A stretch of 64,000 bases of DNA from Rhizophagus irregularis (lineage: Eukaryota): positions 2,170,001-2,234,000 of the forward strand of contig NC_089435.1 in assembly GCF_026210795.1 (NCBI RefSeq). The letters run 5' to 3'. A program made the position numbers and the translations under genes. Within the stretch, counting starts at the first letter, position 1. Each line of letters begins with the position of its first letter. The notes beneath the pieces were generated by a model. That model was given only the letters and a program-made list of their open reading frames with translations, was not told the DNA's origin and did not search any database. Below are positions 1 to 13,053 of the stretch, piece after piece.

Positions 1-12
1 TGGAACTAGGAA

Positions 13-2075
13 CGCAAATGCCTGACTCCTTGAAAGATGTTCCAATATTAACTTCTCAAACGGGTCTCGGTAGGCTAATTAACCGAGATCATATAGTATG
101 TACAATGGCAAAATTGATTCGAAATATTTTTATCACGTGCAACAAATCATTTTATCTTTATAAAACGTAACCTAAAATATTATCACGTCATGTAAGTTAG
201 TAAGTACAATAATAATTATTAGGCATAAAAACTTTACAAATCATATGAGAGATTTTGTTGAGAATGTAGAAAATTAAAGAATCATATCATATTATTACAT
301 TAATGATTGTTCAGAAATTTCTGGAATATTTTCAACAAAATTTCAAAAAATTGGATACAGTATCAAATACATTGGTATTTTATAATTGATGATGGTCGAA
401 ATATCATGTGTATCAGGTAAAAGTTTTAAAAAGTTTGATAGATACATCGGATAAATCACGAAGTGCCGAATAACTATTAAGGTATTTTTTTTTGGTGCTA
501 CGAATTACTAAGACACCACAACTCCTGTTGATGCGCCTTTATATTATTAATTAGATCGGCACATTTTTCGACAAAGAATTTTCTATTGTACAAATAAACC
601 CAGAAATTTATCATATAGTGTAATTGTGTATGCTAAATTACTTTATTCCGACTTTTCCGCAATAACTTATAATGCTCTACCGCAGTAACTGATAATATAC
701 GCAATACGTAAATTTTTTTTTTAAAGAAAAAGTTTTATTTCAGTTTTAAATATTGATACAAATACATTTGGTTCGTTTTCGAATTATATATAAAAAAAAT
801 TCCCAATCACTAATAAAAAAAACATAGAAAAAAAGTAGAAAGAATCAAAATTAAGTTGCCCATATATTAAAAGGAATATCTTAAAAATATTGTCTTAAAT
901 AATATTAGCTTAATTTAACATTAATAAATAAGGAGTAAATTAAAACTCAAGAAGAAAAAAAACTTATTTCATCCTAAATATATTAATGAGTCTGATTCTT
1001 AGGAATTCTGAAATCCTGTATCTTGGATTTTATCAGAAATAGTTTCGCTTACCGAATTTGAAGCCGTATTATAGGCGTCGTTATTATCCGAATATACTTG
1101 GGAAGTAGATTGAATATTAGTATCAAAAAAATTTTGTTGAATGCTGTTTTGTTGATAAACGGGTTGTTGAACTTGTTGAAATTGTTGTTGAATTTGTTGT
1201 TGAATTAGAGAATGTATGTTATTATGCAGTGGAAACTCATGACCAGGAATACGAGATAAATTAATACTATTATTCAAGCGTCGGGCATTTTCTAATGGGT
1301 GTAATTCAGTATATTGATATGTAACGTGATAGATACGTGTATCGTTTGGTAAAGGAAAGTAAAATTCAAATGTATCGTTTTGAAGTGCGGGAGTTGTAGT
1401 ACTAGTATTAGACATTTCTACGGCGGTGTTAATGGAAGTGTGTTGGTCGTTGTTAATATGTAAAGGTGCGAAGTTATTTTCAGTTTGATACATTGGTATA
1501 TCAGAATGATCTGGAGAAGTTTGGTTATTTAAATTCATTTTTCTAAAAAAATTTTAATTATGTTTGAATATTCATGAATATAATCAATTTTATATGAAGA
1601 AATTATTTAATATGCCAGAAAAAAAATTAAGAAAAAAAGGAGAAGGAAAAAATATAAATTTTTTTGAAAAAAAAACAGGTGAAAAAAGGGGAATATGGTA
1701 TCTTTATATATGTTTTTGAGAGAGAAGTACTTTTAACAATAGAAAAAATAAAAATAAAAAATAAAATAAGTAATAAACTCGGCGTAAAACGAGGAAAAAG
1801 AAAATTTTTTTTTTTGATTGTAAAATTAATTCCAAGAGGGTGTTAAGATGATTATATATATTTGATTCTGGTAATTATTTATAATATTTATTTTTTTTTT
1901 CGTTTTTCGTTTTTTTTATAGTGTATTTAATGAGAAGGGTTATTAATAATATTTATTTTAATTATATTAGTAAAGTAAGAGTTTTTGTTTTTTTAAATCC
2001 ATTAAATATGTTTCGTTGGAGTTATATTAAAAAACTCTTTCGAAGTCGAAGTATATTTATAACAAAATTTTCCGG
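13..2075. repeat. Segmental duplication, copy A (paralog of ~9314..14100)
   Basis: Colinear similarity from cgcaaatg..gttccaatattaacttctcaa (13 vs 9314) through the gene and its upstream region to aacaaa.ttttccg (~2070 vs ~14098). Confidence 0.9.
999..1538 (-). CDS. Q/N-rich hypothetical protein, tandem family copy 1 (179 aa)
   Basis: Intact single-exon ORF with core FEFYFPLPNDTRIYHVTYQYTELHPLENARRLNNSINLS shared with six other loci in the window; near-identical to 13054..13593. Confidence 0.75.
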   Translation of the reverse strand: MNLNNQTSPDHSDIPMYQTENNFAPLHINNDQHTSINTAVEMSNTSTTTPALQNDTFEFYFPLPNDTRIYHVTYQYTELHPLENARRLNNSINLSRIPGHEFPLHNNIHSLIQQQIQQQFQQVQQPVYQQNSIQQNFFDTNIQSTSQVYSDNNDAYNTASNSVSETISDKIQDTGFQNS

Positions 2076-4189
2076 TGTGCATCGTGTGCTCATCAAGAGT
2101 TGTTTGTTATGCAAATATTGATGCGTGTTTTAAATGTAAGATTATCGTCAATTGGGATTTCGGGCACAACATTCACATACCAGTTTAAGGAACGACTCTA
2201 GAAGGTTAATTTTTACATAAATTACAATACAGTCGTACAGATAAGAAAGATAAGAAAAGAATTTTCGCATTAATCTCTGCTTATTTTACTAAAAAGTCAA
2301 ATATTTATTTATTGATAGGAATAATTTTGTTGTTTGCCCCTAATATTATATATAGTGCTCCCTTAACTAATATGCGTTACAAATAAAAAAAAATGATGTA
2401 AGGTACCATTCAGGCGTACAAAGAAAAAAAAAATGATTCGACAAAAACGGATGCATGAAAAACTTTGTAATTAACAGTGGCTTGTGGCTTTTGTAATGTG
2501 ACTTGTGTAACTATAAGTTATACATTTATTGATTATCTGATTTCTTTTCCTTCTAATATTATTTTCAATGTTTAGAAGGGCCATCTAATGAACTTACAGG
2601 ACTCTTCTGGATTAAGAAGAGAGAATGACAACCTATTTCATGATTAAAATATCCTCCAGACGGAGCATAATCGCGTCTATCAAGCAAATGCTAGATTATT
2701 AAGAGATGCAACAACATAATGAACTCTGGCCTAAGCATCCCTTTTTGTATGCCAGGTTCTTGGCGCAGCCACAAATTGTGGCGCAACGAAAATCATGAAT
2801 TTCAATTATGATTCCTACAGTAACAAATAGATTCTTGTTCCTCATTAAAAATAAAATGCATTTTTCAGGATAAATTGAAGATGATCGATCCCTTTTCATA
2901 TTCTTTAATTAGCCGTATTAATTCGTATTAATTTCTTTGTTCTTATTGTCATGAAATATTATGAATTTATATTTTTATGAATATTAAAAGTAATTATATT
3001 ATCTTAATTGTAAAACAGGTAAAATTCATATGAAAAAAATGGATGGCAAATTCAAAAAAGAATCGGATTACAACACCGAAATATGTTTGTTTAATAAGGG
3101 TTAAATTCATATATTTATCAAATTGTTTCAAATTTTAATTTATGTTATACATTATTTAATAAATGAGATAACTTTATTATTATAAAGTTGAGTTTTTATT
3201 TATTTGTTAACGCTAACATTTTATTATCAATAACATGATGATATTATTGATATACAATTTATACAATTTCAATTTTTTTTTTAATCTTTAAACAAATGAG
3301 GTTAAAAGGTTCTAAAGGTTCTAATTAACGAATCTTAATTCCGAACTTATTTCTCTTTATAAACTCATTTTCTAATAATGGCCATAATTTAATTAATTTT
3401 CCTAATATAAATAATTATCTTTAATAATGATAATGAATATTTGTTGAACTTTTTTTCTTTCATTTTCTTAACGCGTTTCAAGAGAGATATTCCAATTGTT
3501 TGAGGGAACGCGCCAATAAATCTTTTGTTTACAAATAAATGTGATTCTCTCATGAATTATTCCCCCAAAATATGGATTTGTAATCATAAGACCTATATAT
3601 TACGTTAAAAAATGAGACAACTTTTTATGTAAAATCATTTAAACTTTACTTCGATCATCTCTTTCTGATTTCTATAGAAAATTCGAAGTTTCAATAATAA
3701 TAAATAAACATTTTTATTCCACTTACACATAATTAAAATCTGTCATTATAAAATCACAATTAAAATTGATTTAAATTTTTAATTCTAATCAAAAGTACAT
3801 TATAATGCTGGTACGGTAACGATCACTGCCGGTGAGCTTTAGCAATTTTCATTAAATTATTAGTTATTTTATTTTGAAGTTCCCCTGTTTAATATTTAGG
3901 TTTCATTATAACGTATGACATATTACATCATTGTTAAATAGAATATCTTAAATGCCCAATGTCCCATGCATAGATATTATAAATCCGTTGGTGGCTTGGC
4001 AACAACACTTATAATAAACTTCGCCATCAAGAAGCAATTCATAAAAAATAAATTTTTATTGCATTATTTAAAAAAATGTTTACTATTTAGTTTTTTTATG
4101 GGGTGGGGATTTTACCCCGGTGAAAGTTAGCAATACCCATATAGAAATATGATAAGCTGTATTTTTTTTTTAAAAAAAAAAGGAAGTTG

Positions 4190-4800
4190 TACTAACGAGA
4201 ATCAGATGTTCGTCTATTATTTTCTTCTAGTCTCCTTTTTATAATTATTTATTTTATGTGAAGTTATTTATGCCGATCTTATAATGAGCGGATAATTTTT
4301 AGATATCTGATATCTGACATATATATATAATACTGTATATATACGATGTATATATACAATATATATATATACGTGTGTCATTCTGTCTTCCCTTTTCGTC
4401 TTCCCCCTTCCCCCTTCCCCTTTCCTTCTTCATCTTTACCATGAGTTTCGAAAAAAAAATTTCAAAACTTTTATTAGAAAAAAAATTTTTTTTTTTTTAG
4501 GGACTTCAGCTCCGATGTGGACGCCAAGTTCCCAGGTAAGTTTAATCCGAAACTTACATTAAAAAAAAAACTTATTATTTTTTTTTTTTGTAGGAACTTT
4601 CAGCTTCGACTTGGACGCAGAATTCCAAATATGCTTTCGATAAGAAAACATTTCAAAACTTTTTTAAAAAAAATATTTTTTTTTATTTTTTTTAGGGACT
4701 TTGGTTCCGAACGTAGCTATAAATTACGTATATCTGTAATGTGTGATATTACAAACGTGTATAAATTAAATTAAACGGTTGACTAAAGTACCCAATAGTA
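4190..4800. mobile_element. Possible non-autonomous CACTA/CMC-like element
   Basis: Termini TACTA...TAGTA flanked by a 3-bp direct repeat TTG; lies within a ~960-bp block (4114-5072) missing from the paralogous segment near 15010; internal TA microsatellite and short repeated ggacgc motifs. Confidence 0.4.
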
Positions 4801-7377
4801 TTGCACAAGTTTGGTGTAGGAGACCCAAGTTAAAATTATTATATTGCGTACTCCACATATTTAAAAGGTTTCTATACGTACTCTCACCTAACTTGATACC
4901 GATTACTATTTTACTAACCTATAATTACACTAAACAACGTACTCAATCGGAATAACTATTGCCGAAATTCATGATATAAAAAACCTAGTCTTTTGCTTGT
5001 GAGAACAAATCTTCAAACTCGACTTTAAAATTCTCTACGAACCCCTTTCTATCTTATTACCAATTATTTTTTTGTTTTGAACGAAGAGAAACCTTTAACA
5101 CCATTTTATAACTTTCCCGAAATCCTGTATCTGATTTCTTATACCTCAGTTATTTTAATATCGCAATAGTATTATTTAAATAAATAAGAACAACCGTCTT
5201 TTATAAAAAACCAATTTCCTGAAAAATTTTTATAAGGAGTAATTTTCTAGTAGATTATCACTAATAGAGATCTCACCAACAATTTAATAATGCGGTGATC
5301 TAGGACGAAAACCAATTATGGTAATCATCTTACTCTAATGTTAAAAACAAATTTTGCTTGCCGTTAAATTCTCTATCATTAACGAGTTATATTTCCTATT
5401 TTATTTCTTGCTGATCATCAATTAGCTTGGTTGAAAGGTGGCAGCAATGCGGTGAACAACGACATACGATTTACCAAGTTCTATGGGACAGAACATTCGC
5501 AGAAATACTTTAAGGAATCATTTGACTACTTTAAACGAATTTTATCAATGCCCAATTACTTTCGATCGATGAAGTCGAACAATTTATTAAGAGTCCAAAA
5601 GTAATGATGATAAAGAGACTTCATCGCTGTCATTATACAAATTGTACGTTGATCACCATAACTATTTGTTTGAATTCATATTCAGGTTTTAGGCTTAAGA
5701 ATTCTTCACCTTTCTGTACTGTTCTTGGTTTTATAGTCAATTCATACAATATTTCTGAAATATAAAATAATGGCTGAAAAGAAAAATTGACTTTATACGA
5801 GAATTAGTATCAATTTGAGGTCGTTACAACTTTATAGAAATATTAGTCCGCAGAATTTATTAATAAAATCAAAGTTGAATCGAGTAGTATCCTGAATTTT
5901 TTATCGCTGTTCACCAATTTACCATATAATTGTCTGCAATTCAGCCGCAACAAGTGCAGAAACACTGAACCTATAGGATTAGCAAATTAAAATACATAAA
6001 TATATTTAGGAGCGAGTGCCTTAATAAGAAAAGTTCAAGGAATGGGACAATTATGTATTTATTAGACAATATTTTTGCTCCAAAAAGATACCGATTATTT
6101 TAATTAAGCCTTATACAGATATAGTTTATAATAAACACGATTCAATGTGCTAAAAAATCTAAGTATATTCATAAAGGTAATAGTTAAAAAGACATTATTA
6201 GTATTTTATGATATACGGTATGTACTGTAAATATTAACGTCCGACGTGAAATCATTCACAATATATTAGTTTCTGCATGCAACAATTGCAACATGTTAAG
6301 GCAATAAATTTTATTAATATTCACATATACAATATAGTTTAGTAATGCCAAATTGAACTTAGCTAATCACCCAACGAAATCTTATTTACGCTTGCCTAGA
6401 AATAAAAGTGTATGTTACATCTTTCTTTCATAATGTTGGCGTTTTCGGGTCTTTTTTTTTTTTGATTTCTTACTGGAAATGGCAATAAAAGAATTTAATA
6501 GGAAATATAATATGAATTATTTTAGATTGCCAATTTTTTTGTTTTAAACTTGGTTCATATATACATATGAAATCATCGTATTTTCCTAGTAAAATCTTTA
6601 TTAACAAATGTTTATGTCACAGAAGTGATTTATTAATAAAAATAAAATTATCTGTGAAATCCCTTTTTTTTATCGCGCGACCTTGCATCTTCTATATCCG
6701 TAACAAAGTTTAATGGATTTTTAGGTTGATAAAATGTCATCGAATTTTGCGGAATGACTTTGCAAAAAAATAAATAATCAGGATATCTTTGTACAAAATG
6801 TTCAATATTGTATATATTTTCTTTATTTTTTATTTTCTTAGTTTATCAGTTAAGGAAGTTGATATTAGTTGTAATAAGATGGTACAGTATCCCGACAATC
6901 TGAAGCGTAAGCAATTAACTAAAATTTCGGATTTCACAATTTTGAATAAAATTTTGATATCGTACAGATGATTCTCAAAAGAGAAACATTCAGAATAAAA
7001 TTTTTTTGATAGCTATTAATGTTAAGACTTGATCCATTTTACATCAAGGTCCATATATTAATTTTTTTTAAAAAAAAAAAGCTTTATTTCACTTTCAGTT
7101 ATTAGAAAATGTATGAATACAATAAAAAATAAAATAAACTTCAGAAAGTTATAATTTCTATATTTTAAAAAATAAAAAAAAATACGTTAAAATATTCTAT
7201 AGTATAATAATAATATAGTTAGGATTTAAGTTTAATTAACAACTTAATTTAGAATAAAAAGAAGGGCCATACATACATAATCGGAAATTTATTATAGTCG
7301 AACTTAAAGAGTAAAAGTAAAAATTCAAGATAGAAAAAAAAGTCATAGAATGAAATATATTAATTGAATAATATTCC

Positions 7378-7976
7378 TTAAGGAGAATTCTGAAATTCCT
7401 CATCTTGAATGTTATAGGAAATAGTTCCGTTTACTGAGATTGAAGTTGTATCATAAGTATTATTGTTTGAATATACTTGAGTAGTAGGTTGAATAGTTTC
7501 GTTTAATTGTTGTTGAATGTTATTTGCGGTATTTTGTTGATAAACAGGTAGTTGGATCAGTTGTTGAATTTGTTGCCGAATTAAAGAATGTATATTATTA
7601 TGGAGTGGAAACTGGGGATCGGGAATAAGATAAATTAATGCTATTATTCAAGAGTCTCGCATTTTCTAATGGGTGTAATTCGGTATATTGATATGTAACA
7701 TGGTAGATACGTGCATCATTAGATAACAATAACCTAAATGGTTATATACTAACACTCTGCGATTGACTTTCTAGCAAATCTTGTTCTTCTTTAAGCTGTT
7801 GAAGCTCGAGCATTTTCATTTTTGTTTCAAACAACTGGCGTTGTTCGTAGCGTTGACGTTCGTGTTCTATTCGTTTCTGCTCTAACCATTTCTGTTCTAG
7901 ATTAGTGATGCGCTATCATTACCCATTGGTAAATTAGAATCCTGTAATCTTGTGCAGTTTGATTATTTGAATTCAT
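7378..7976 (-). pseudogene. Disrupted Q/N-rich family copy 2 with an inserted foreign coding fragment
   Basis: Start MNSNNQTAQDY at 7976 and end ...QDEEFQNSP* at 7378; frameshifting insertion near 7940, 2-bp deletion near 7627 relative to the 16188 copy, and ~7727-7912 replaced by unrelated sequence. Confidence 0.85.
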
Positions 7977-8234
7977 TTTTGTAACGTGAAAACTATGAAG
8001 AATCAGAAAGTTGGAATGAAGTAATAGTAGTAAGGATGGGTTATTTACAGTATATTACTTTTTTTTTAAAAAAAAAAGTTAAATCGCAAACGAATATTAT
8101 AAAAAAGCTTAGTGTAAGTAAAGCAGTGTTCAGTGATCAGCACCCACCGCTGAATATTAAAAGAGGAACTAACACTCGTTCGAAAATTATAATTATGTTA
8201 AATCACTATGATAATTACCAGCTAATTCTGTGAT

Positions 8235-9069
8235 TAGGGATTGGAACCGTCAAAAAAAAGCTTAACCGGTTAATAACCGGTTAATTAGAGCGTCTAACCG
8301 GTTAATAACCGGTTAATTAGAGCGTCTAACCGGTTAATAGTCGGTTAATTAATCGGTTAATTAACCGGTTAATTTGTAATGAGGCTAACCGGTTAATAAC
8401 CAGTTAATATATAAATTTTATATTTTAACGTGTGTTTAGAGGCCTATTTTTTGTATTTTAACGCGCGTTTAAAGATAAATTTTTGTGTTTTTAACTAAAT
8501 AGTATTATTTAAGAGTAATTTCTGGTAAATATTTATATTAAAATGTATACATTAGTAAAAAATTACATACAGTATATTGTAATTACTTACTACCCAGTCA
8601 TGCAGTGGTCACCGGTATCAGCACTAAGTTGAAAAGTTTTTTAATTATATTTTTAGTTCTATCCGAAATTCCATTCCAATTCTGATGGCCACTATAGTAT
8701 TCAAATTTTTTTTCTTATTTAAAATACTATACCCGATCATATCATGCTGATTTCTGCATAAATCAAGGTTATAACTTTAGAATATTTTAACATAAATAAT
8801 GTTAAATTATAAATATCATATGCAATATATTATATTAAAATATAAGATTGCAGGTTTATCATCGAATCTATTAGGGTGGGCAAAATTAAAGTTAATGCTA
8901 GTAAAGTTAAAGTTAGAAGTTGGCTAGGAATTACTACTTTAGGATGATCTGTATTTTAACCGGTTAAGTTAGCCGGTTAATTAGTCGGTTAATTTAACCG
9001 GTTAAATTAACCGGTTAACCGTTTTTTGAGAGGTCTTAACCGGTTAACCTTAACCGGTTCCAATCCCTA
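8235..9069. mobile_element. Non-autonomous hAT-type DNA transposon (MITE)
   Basis: 15-bp TIR TAGGGATTGGAACCG/CGGTTCCAATCCCTA; perfect 8-bp TSD TCTGTGAT (8227-8234, 9070-9077); many subterminal TTAACCGGTTAA palindromes. Confidence 0.93.
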
Positions 9070-9891
9070 TCTGTGATAAAAGATTTATTATTTTTTTTTT
9101 TTTAGTAAACGCACACATAGAAGTACAGTAGTAAAAACTATGAAGCAGAAGCTATTTACCAACGTGTACTACTATAGTTATCAAAAACTACTATTAAATC
9201 CTTGTAACTAACTAAACAAAAAACCTAAAGTGTGTATGTCCAAGCAATCAAAACAAGAAAAGGAAAACTTTTTTACTAATTTTCTAGAATACTTTTCGTT
9301 AATTTTAAAGGGGCGCAAATGTCTGATTTCTTGAAAAGTGTTCCAATATTAACTTCTCAACTTCTCAAACGGGTCTCGATAAGCTAATTGAACGAGATCA
9401 TATGTACAATGGCAAAATTGATCTACCTCATTCGAAATATTTTGTCATATCAATCAATCGGGAACCGTTCATTTCACCTTTATAATGTAACCTAAAATAT
9501 TAGCACGATGGCATGAGAGATTTTGTTGAAAATGTAGAAAATTAAAGAATCATATGATATTATTGCACAATAATTTCATTAATGATTGTTCAGAAATTTC
9601 TGGAATATTTCAACGAAATTTCAAAAATTGGACTAATTTATTCAAAATATTAAATTATCTGTTCATACAGTCAAATACATTGAAGTATTTTTTTTCTGGT
9701 GCTACGAATAAATTTTAACTAAGACATGTTTTTTTCACCACAACTACTGTTTGAGTCTTTATATTATTATCCAGCATTTTTAAATAAAGTAAGAGAAAAA
9801 AAAACCATATTATTGAAATGTTGTACAAAAAGGTGTCCTCGACTTTTCCGCAGTAACTTATGATCTGCCGCTCGCTTATTTCAATTTTAAA

Positions 9892-12792
9892 CTAGGCGTA
9901 ACCCGTCACGTTGCGCCAGGGACGATAAAGTAAGAGAATAATAATAAATACACTTATATTTTATTTGCCATGCAATGTGAATAGGTCTAGATTTTTACTA
10001 TTATTATGATGGGATTAGTAGGAAATAAATGTAATAAATTACACAATTTATATGATTGTGTGTAAGTAGTGCTTCGATCCGTTTCTGTCTCATCCGGATG
10101 AATCCGGATGAATCCGGATTTTTTTTTATCCGGATATCCGGATTTTGACCCGGATTTTGATCCGGATGGAAAATATCCGGTTTGAACCGGAATCCGGATG
10201 AGTTTTCATATATATTTACTATATTCACGCAATATATCGCCATCCAGTAATCGTAGAAAGACGATTAATGGCTCATTGGAATCGTCGCATCAAGAGCTTT
10301 CGAATGGTACTAAAATGAGCTTTCTAGCTTCGATAGATGATGAGATAATTTTTAAAATATTTACATGAATAACTCGCCATCTATTGATGCTAGAAAGGTT
10401 ATTTTGGTGCTCTCTATGAGTGGATTCTAATGATCCATTAATCATATTTTTATGATCACTGGATAGCGAGTTATTGCGCGAAAACAGTTCTGACTAATTA
10501 GAAAAGAACTGTAAAATAGTTTTTTTTAAATGTAAAATATATTTAAATGTTCTTTATTTTATTAACTTTAAAAATGTAAAAAATACACCTTTTTCAATTC
10601 AAATATGAAGATAAAAAAAAATTTTTAAAAATAAAAAATTTTGCTAAATTGTTGGAGTATTTGAAAAAAAAAATACAAAATAAAAAAATTAATTATTTAC
10701 TATTCTTCTCCTTAAAGTTTATTAAAAAAGCCCAGATTCTTATTAAATAAAAGCCATAAAGTTTATTTAAAAAAGCCCAGAGTTTATTAAAAAAGTCTGG
10801 ATTTTTATTAGATAAAAGTCTTAAAATTTATTAAAAAAGCCTAGATCCTTATTAAATAAAAGCCATAAAGTTCATAAAAAAAGCCCAGATTCTCATTAAA
10901 TAAAAGCCATAGTGTTTATTTAACAAAGCCACATACTGTATTTTATTAAATATTAATAATACATAAAGTTTAATTAAGTTGTAAAAGTTACAAAGTATAG
11001 CCATAAATTCTAAAAATTAAATTGATATTAATATTAATTTAATCCAAATTTCATAAAATATTTGTTAAAATTTTTTGATAATAAATATGTTGGAATGCTA
11101 TTCGATGTTTATTATATGGATCATCAACTAGTCCGCAGTCAAAAAAAATTTTATATGTAAATCCAATCCGGATTCCGGTTTCCATCCGGATTATCTGACC
11201 CGGATATTAATCCGGATCAATCCGGATAGAATCCGGATTTTTTTTTTGTGTAATCCGGATGACGGTTTTCATCCGGATCGAAGCACTATGTGTAAGTGTA
11301 TACAGTATATGAAATATTATTATTAAAAGCAAATATAATAGTATTAAATAAATAATTTAATTTTATTTTATGAAATTTATGATTTATTTATATATTTACA
11401 AATCATTACAAAAGCAATTTTGTTTAAGTAGTTTATTCTTACATTGTTACAAAAAAAATCTTTTTTTTTTATCTTAAAAAAATTCTATTGTAGATTTAAA
11501 AAAAATTACATCCTCTGTTGAAAAAAAATACATATTTATTTGTTACCATATCTCAAAGAAATTTATTTTAGCAATCTATTGTTATAGAAAAAAAATATCT
11601 CACTAATTAATATGAAAAAAAAATCCCCCAAAAATCAATTATAACAATCATGAAAAAAAAAAAATATTCCCCAGAAAAATTAATTATAATAATCTATTGT
11701 CATGAAAAAAACAATTTCCCATAAAATTTACTATGCCGATCTATTGTTACAAAAAATAAATAAGTAAATTATGTCAGTCTATTATTATTGAGCCTAAAAA
11801 ATAATTAGGGAAAATATTATTATTAATAATAATAAGAAGAATCGGGAAAAAAGGCAATTACAGTGGTGCTGTAGCGTCAATATCACCGATCCAAATCTAA
11901 ATGGTTTAAGAATGTGGTTCGGGAAAAAAAAATTCGATTCGAAAAAAAAAGCCAAACCGAAAAAAGAAAAGGTGAAAAAATTTTTTTCAGATTGGGAAAA
12001 AGTCAAAAGCCAACCCGAAAAAGAAAAGTGAAAAAAGAATTTTCGGATTGGAAAAAAACCAACTCGAAAAAAGAAAAAGGTTTTAAAGAATTCGAAAAAA
12101 CCGAAAAAAAAAAACAATAAAGAAAATTTGAAAAATAAAATTTGGGGGAAAAAGAAAGAAATCGGTTTAAAAAAAGGGGAAATTTTCGAAAAAAAAGGAA
12201 TCCGTAAAAAAAAATAAGTACCGAAAAAAATTCGACAATAATCCGGTCCAAAAAGACTGAAAAAAAAATTTTTAAAAAAAATTAATAATATGGTCTAAAA
12301 AAAAAGACCGAAAAAAAATAATAATATAAAAAAAATGGTCTTAAAAGACCAAAACAATGGGATTATTTTCAGTTTTGGAAAAAAACAAAACCTAAACGGG
12401 GAAAGAATAAAAAAAAACCAAAAAAATTCTCGGGCTGGAAAAAAAAACCAAACCGAAAAAGAAAGAGGAAAAAAAAACGAAAATTTTTAAAAAAAAGGAA
12501 AAAAAAAGAAAAGGTGGTTCGAAAGAGAAAGAGGAAATTTAAAAAAAAGAAAGAACCAAAAGTAAAAGATCGATTCAAGAAAAAAAAAGAAAATTAAAAA
12601 AGGGAACTGAAAGAATTTAAATCGGTTCGAAAGAAAAGGAAAAATTTTAAAAATAGGATTAAAAAAAAAAGGAAAAAAATAAATATTTGGAAAAATAAAA
12701 TAAATCGTGATGACTTAATCAGCAATTCAAAATTAATTTATACAGGCTAATCTAAACGTTACGGTTACACATTGTATAGATTTAGTTATAGA
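9892..12792 (-). mobile_element. Non-autonomous Helitron
   Basis: On the minus strand: 5' TC (TCTATAACTAAATCTATAC at 12792), 3' GC-rich hairpin (cccgtcacgttgcgccaggg, ~9902-9921) followed by CTAG at 9895-9892; inserted between A and T with no TSD; empty site visible in the paralog (ttttaaa|tattgata near 750). Confidence 0.88.
10067..11288. mobile_element. Non-autonomous hAT-type element nested in the Helitron
   Basis: TIR TAGTGCTTCGATCCG/CGGATCGAAGCACTA; perfect 8-bp TSD TGTGTAAG (10059-10066, 11289-11296); subterminal ATCCGGAT repeats; internal minisatellite ~10720-10930. Confidence 0.93.
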
Positions 12793-13053
12793 TATCGATA
12801 AAAATATATTTTGTTTGTTTTCGAATTATATATAAAAAAAATTCCTAATCACTAATAAAAAAAAATAGAAAAAAAAAGTGGAAAGAATAAAAATTAAGTA
12901 GCCTATATATTAAAAGGAATATCTTAAAAATATTGATTCTTAATTATTCTAAATAATATTAGCTTAATTTAAATACATTAATAAACAAGGAGTAAATTAA
13001 AACTCAAGAAAAAAAATTTATTTCATCTTAAATATATTAATGGGGTCTGATTC

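Noticed and set aside
2570..2900. GC-richer coding-like patch (similar patches at ~5400-5970 and ~39460-39700)
   Set aside because: Stops in the frames tried and no recognisable family; possibly gene debris but unsupported
10004..10243. 79-aa ORF with PD/NPD repeats
   Set aside because: Translation of the hAT subterminal ATCCGGAT repeats
11794..12578. Lys-rich and Phe-rich ORFs on both strands
   Set aside because: Artefacts of A-rich low-complexity sequence inside the Helitron
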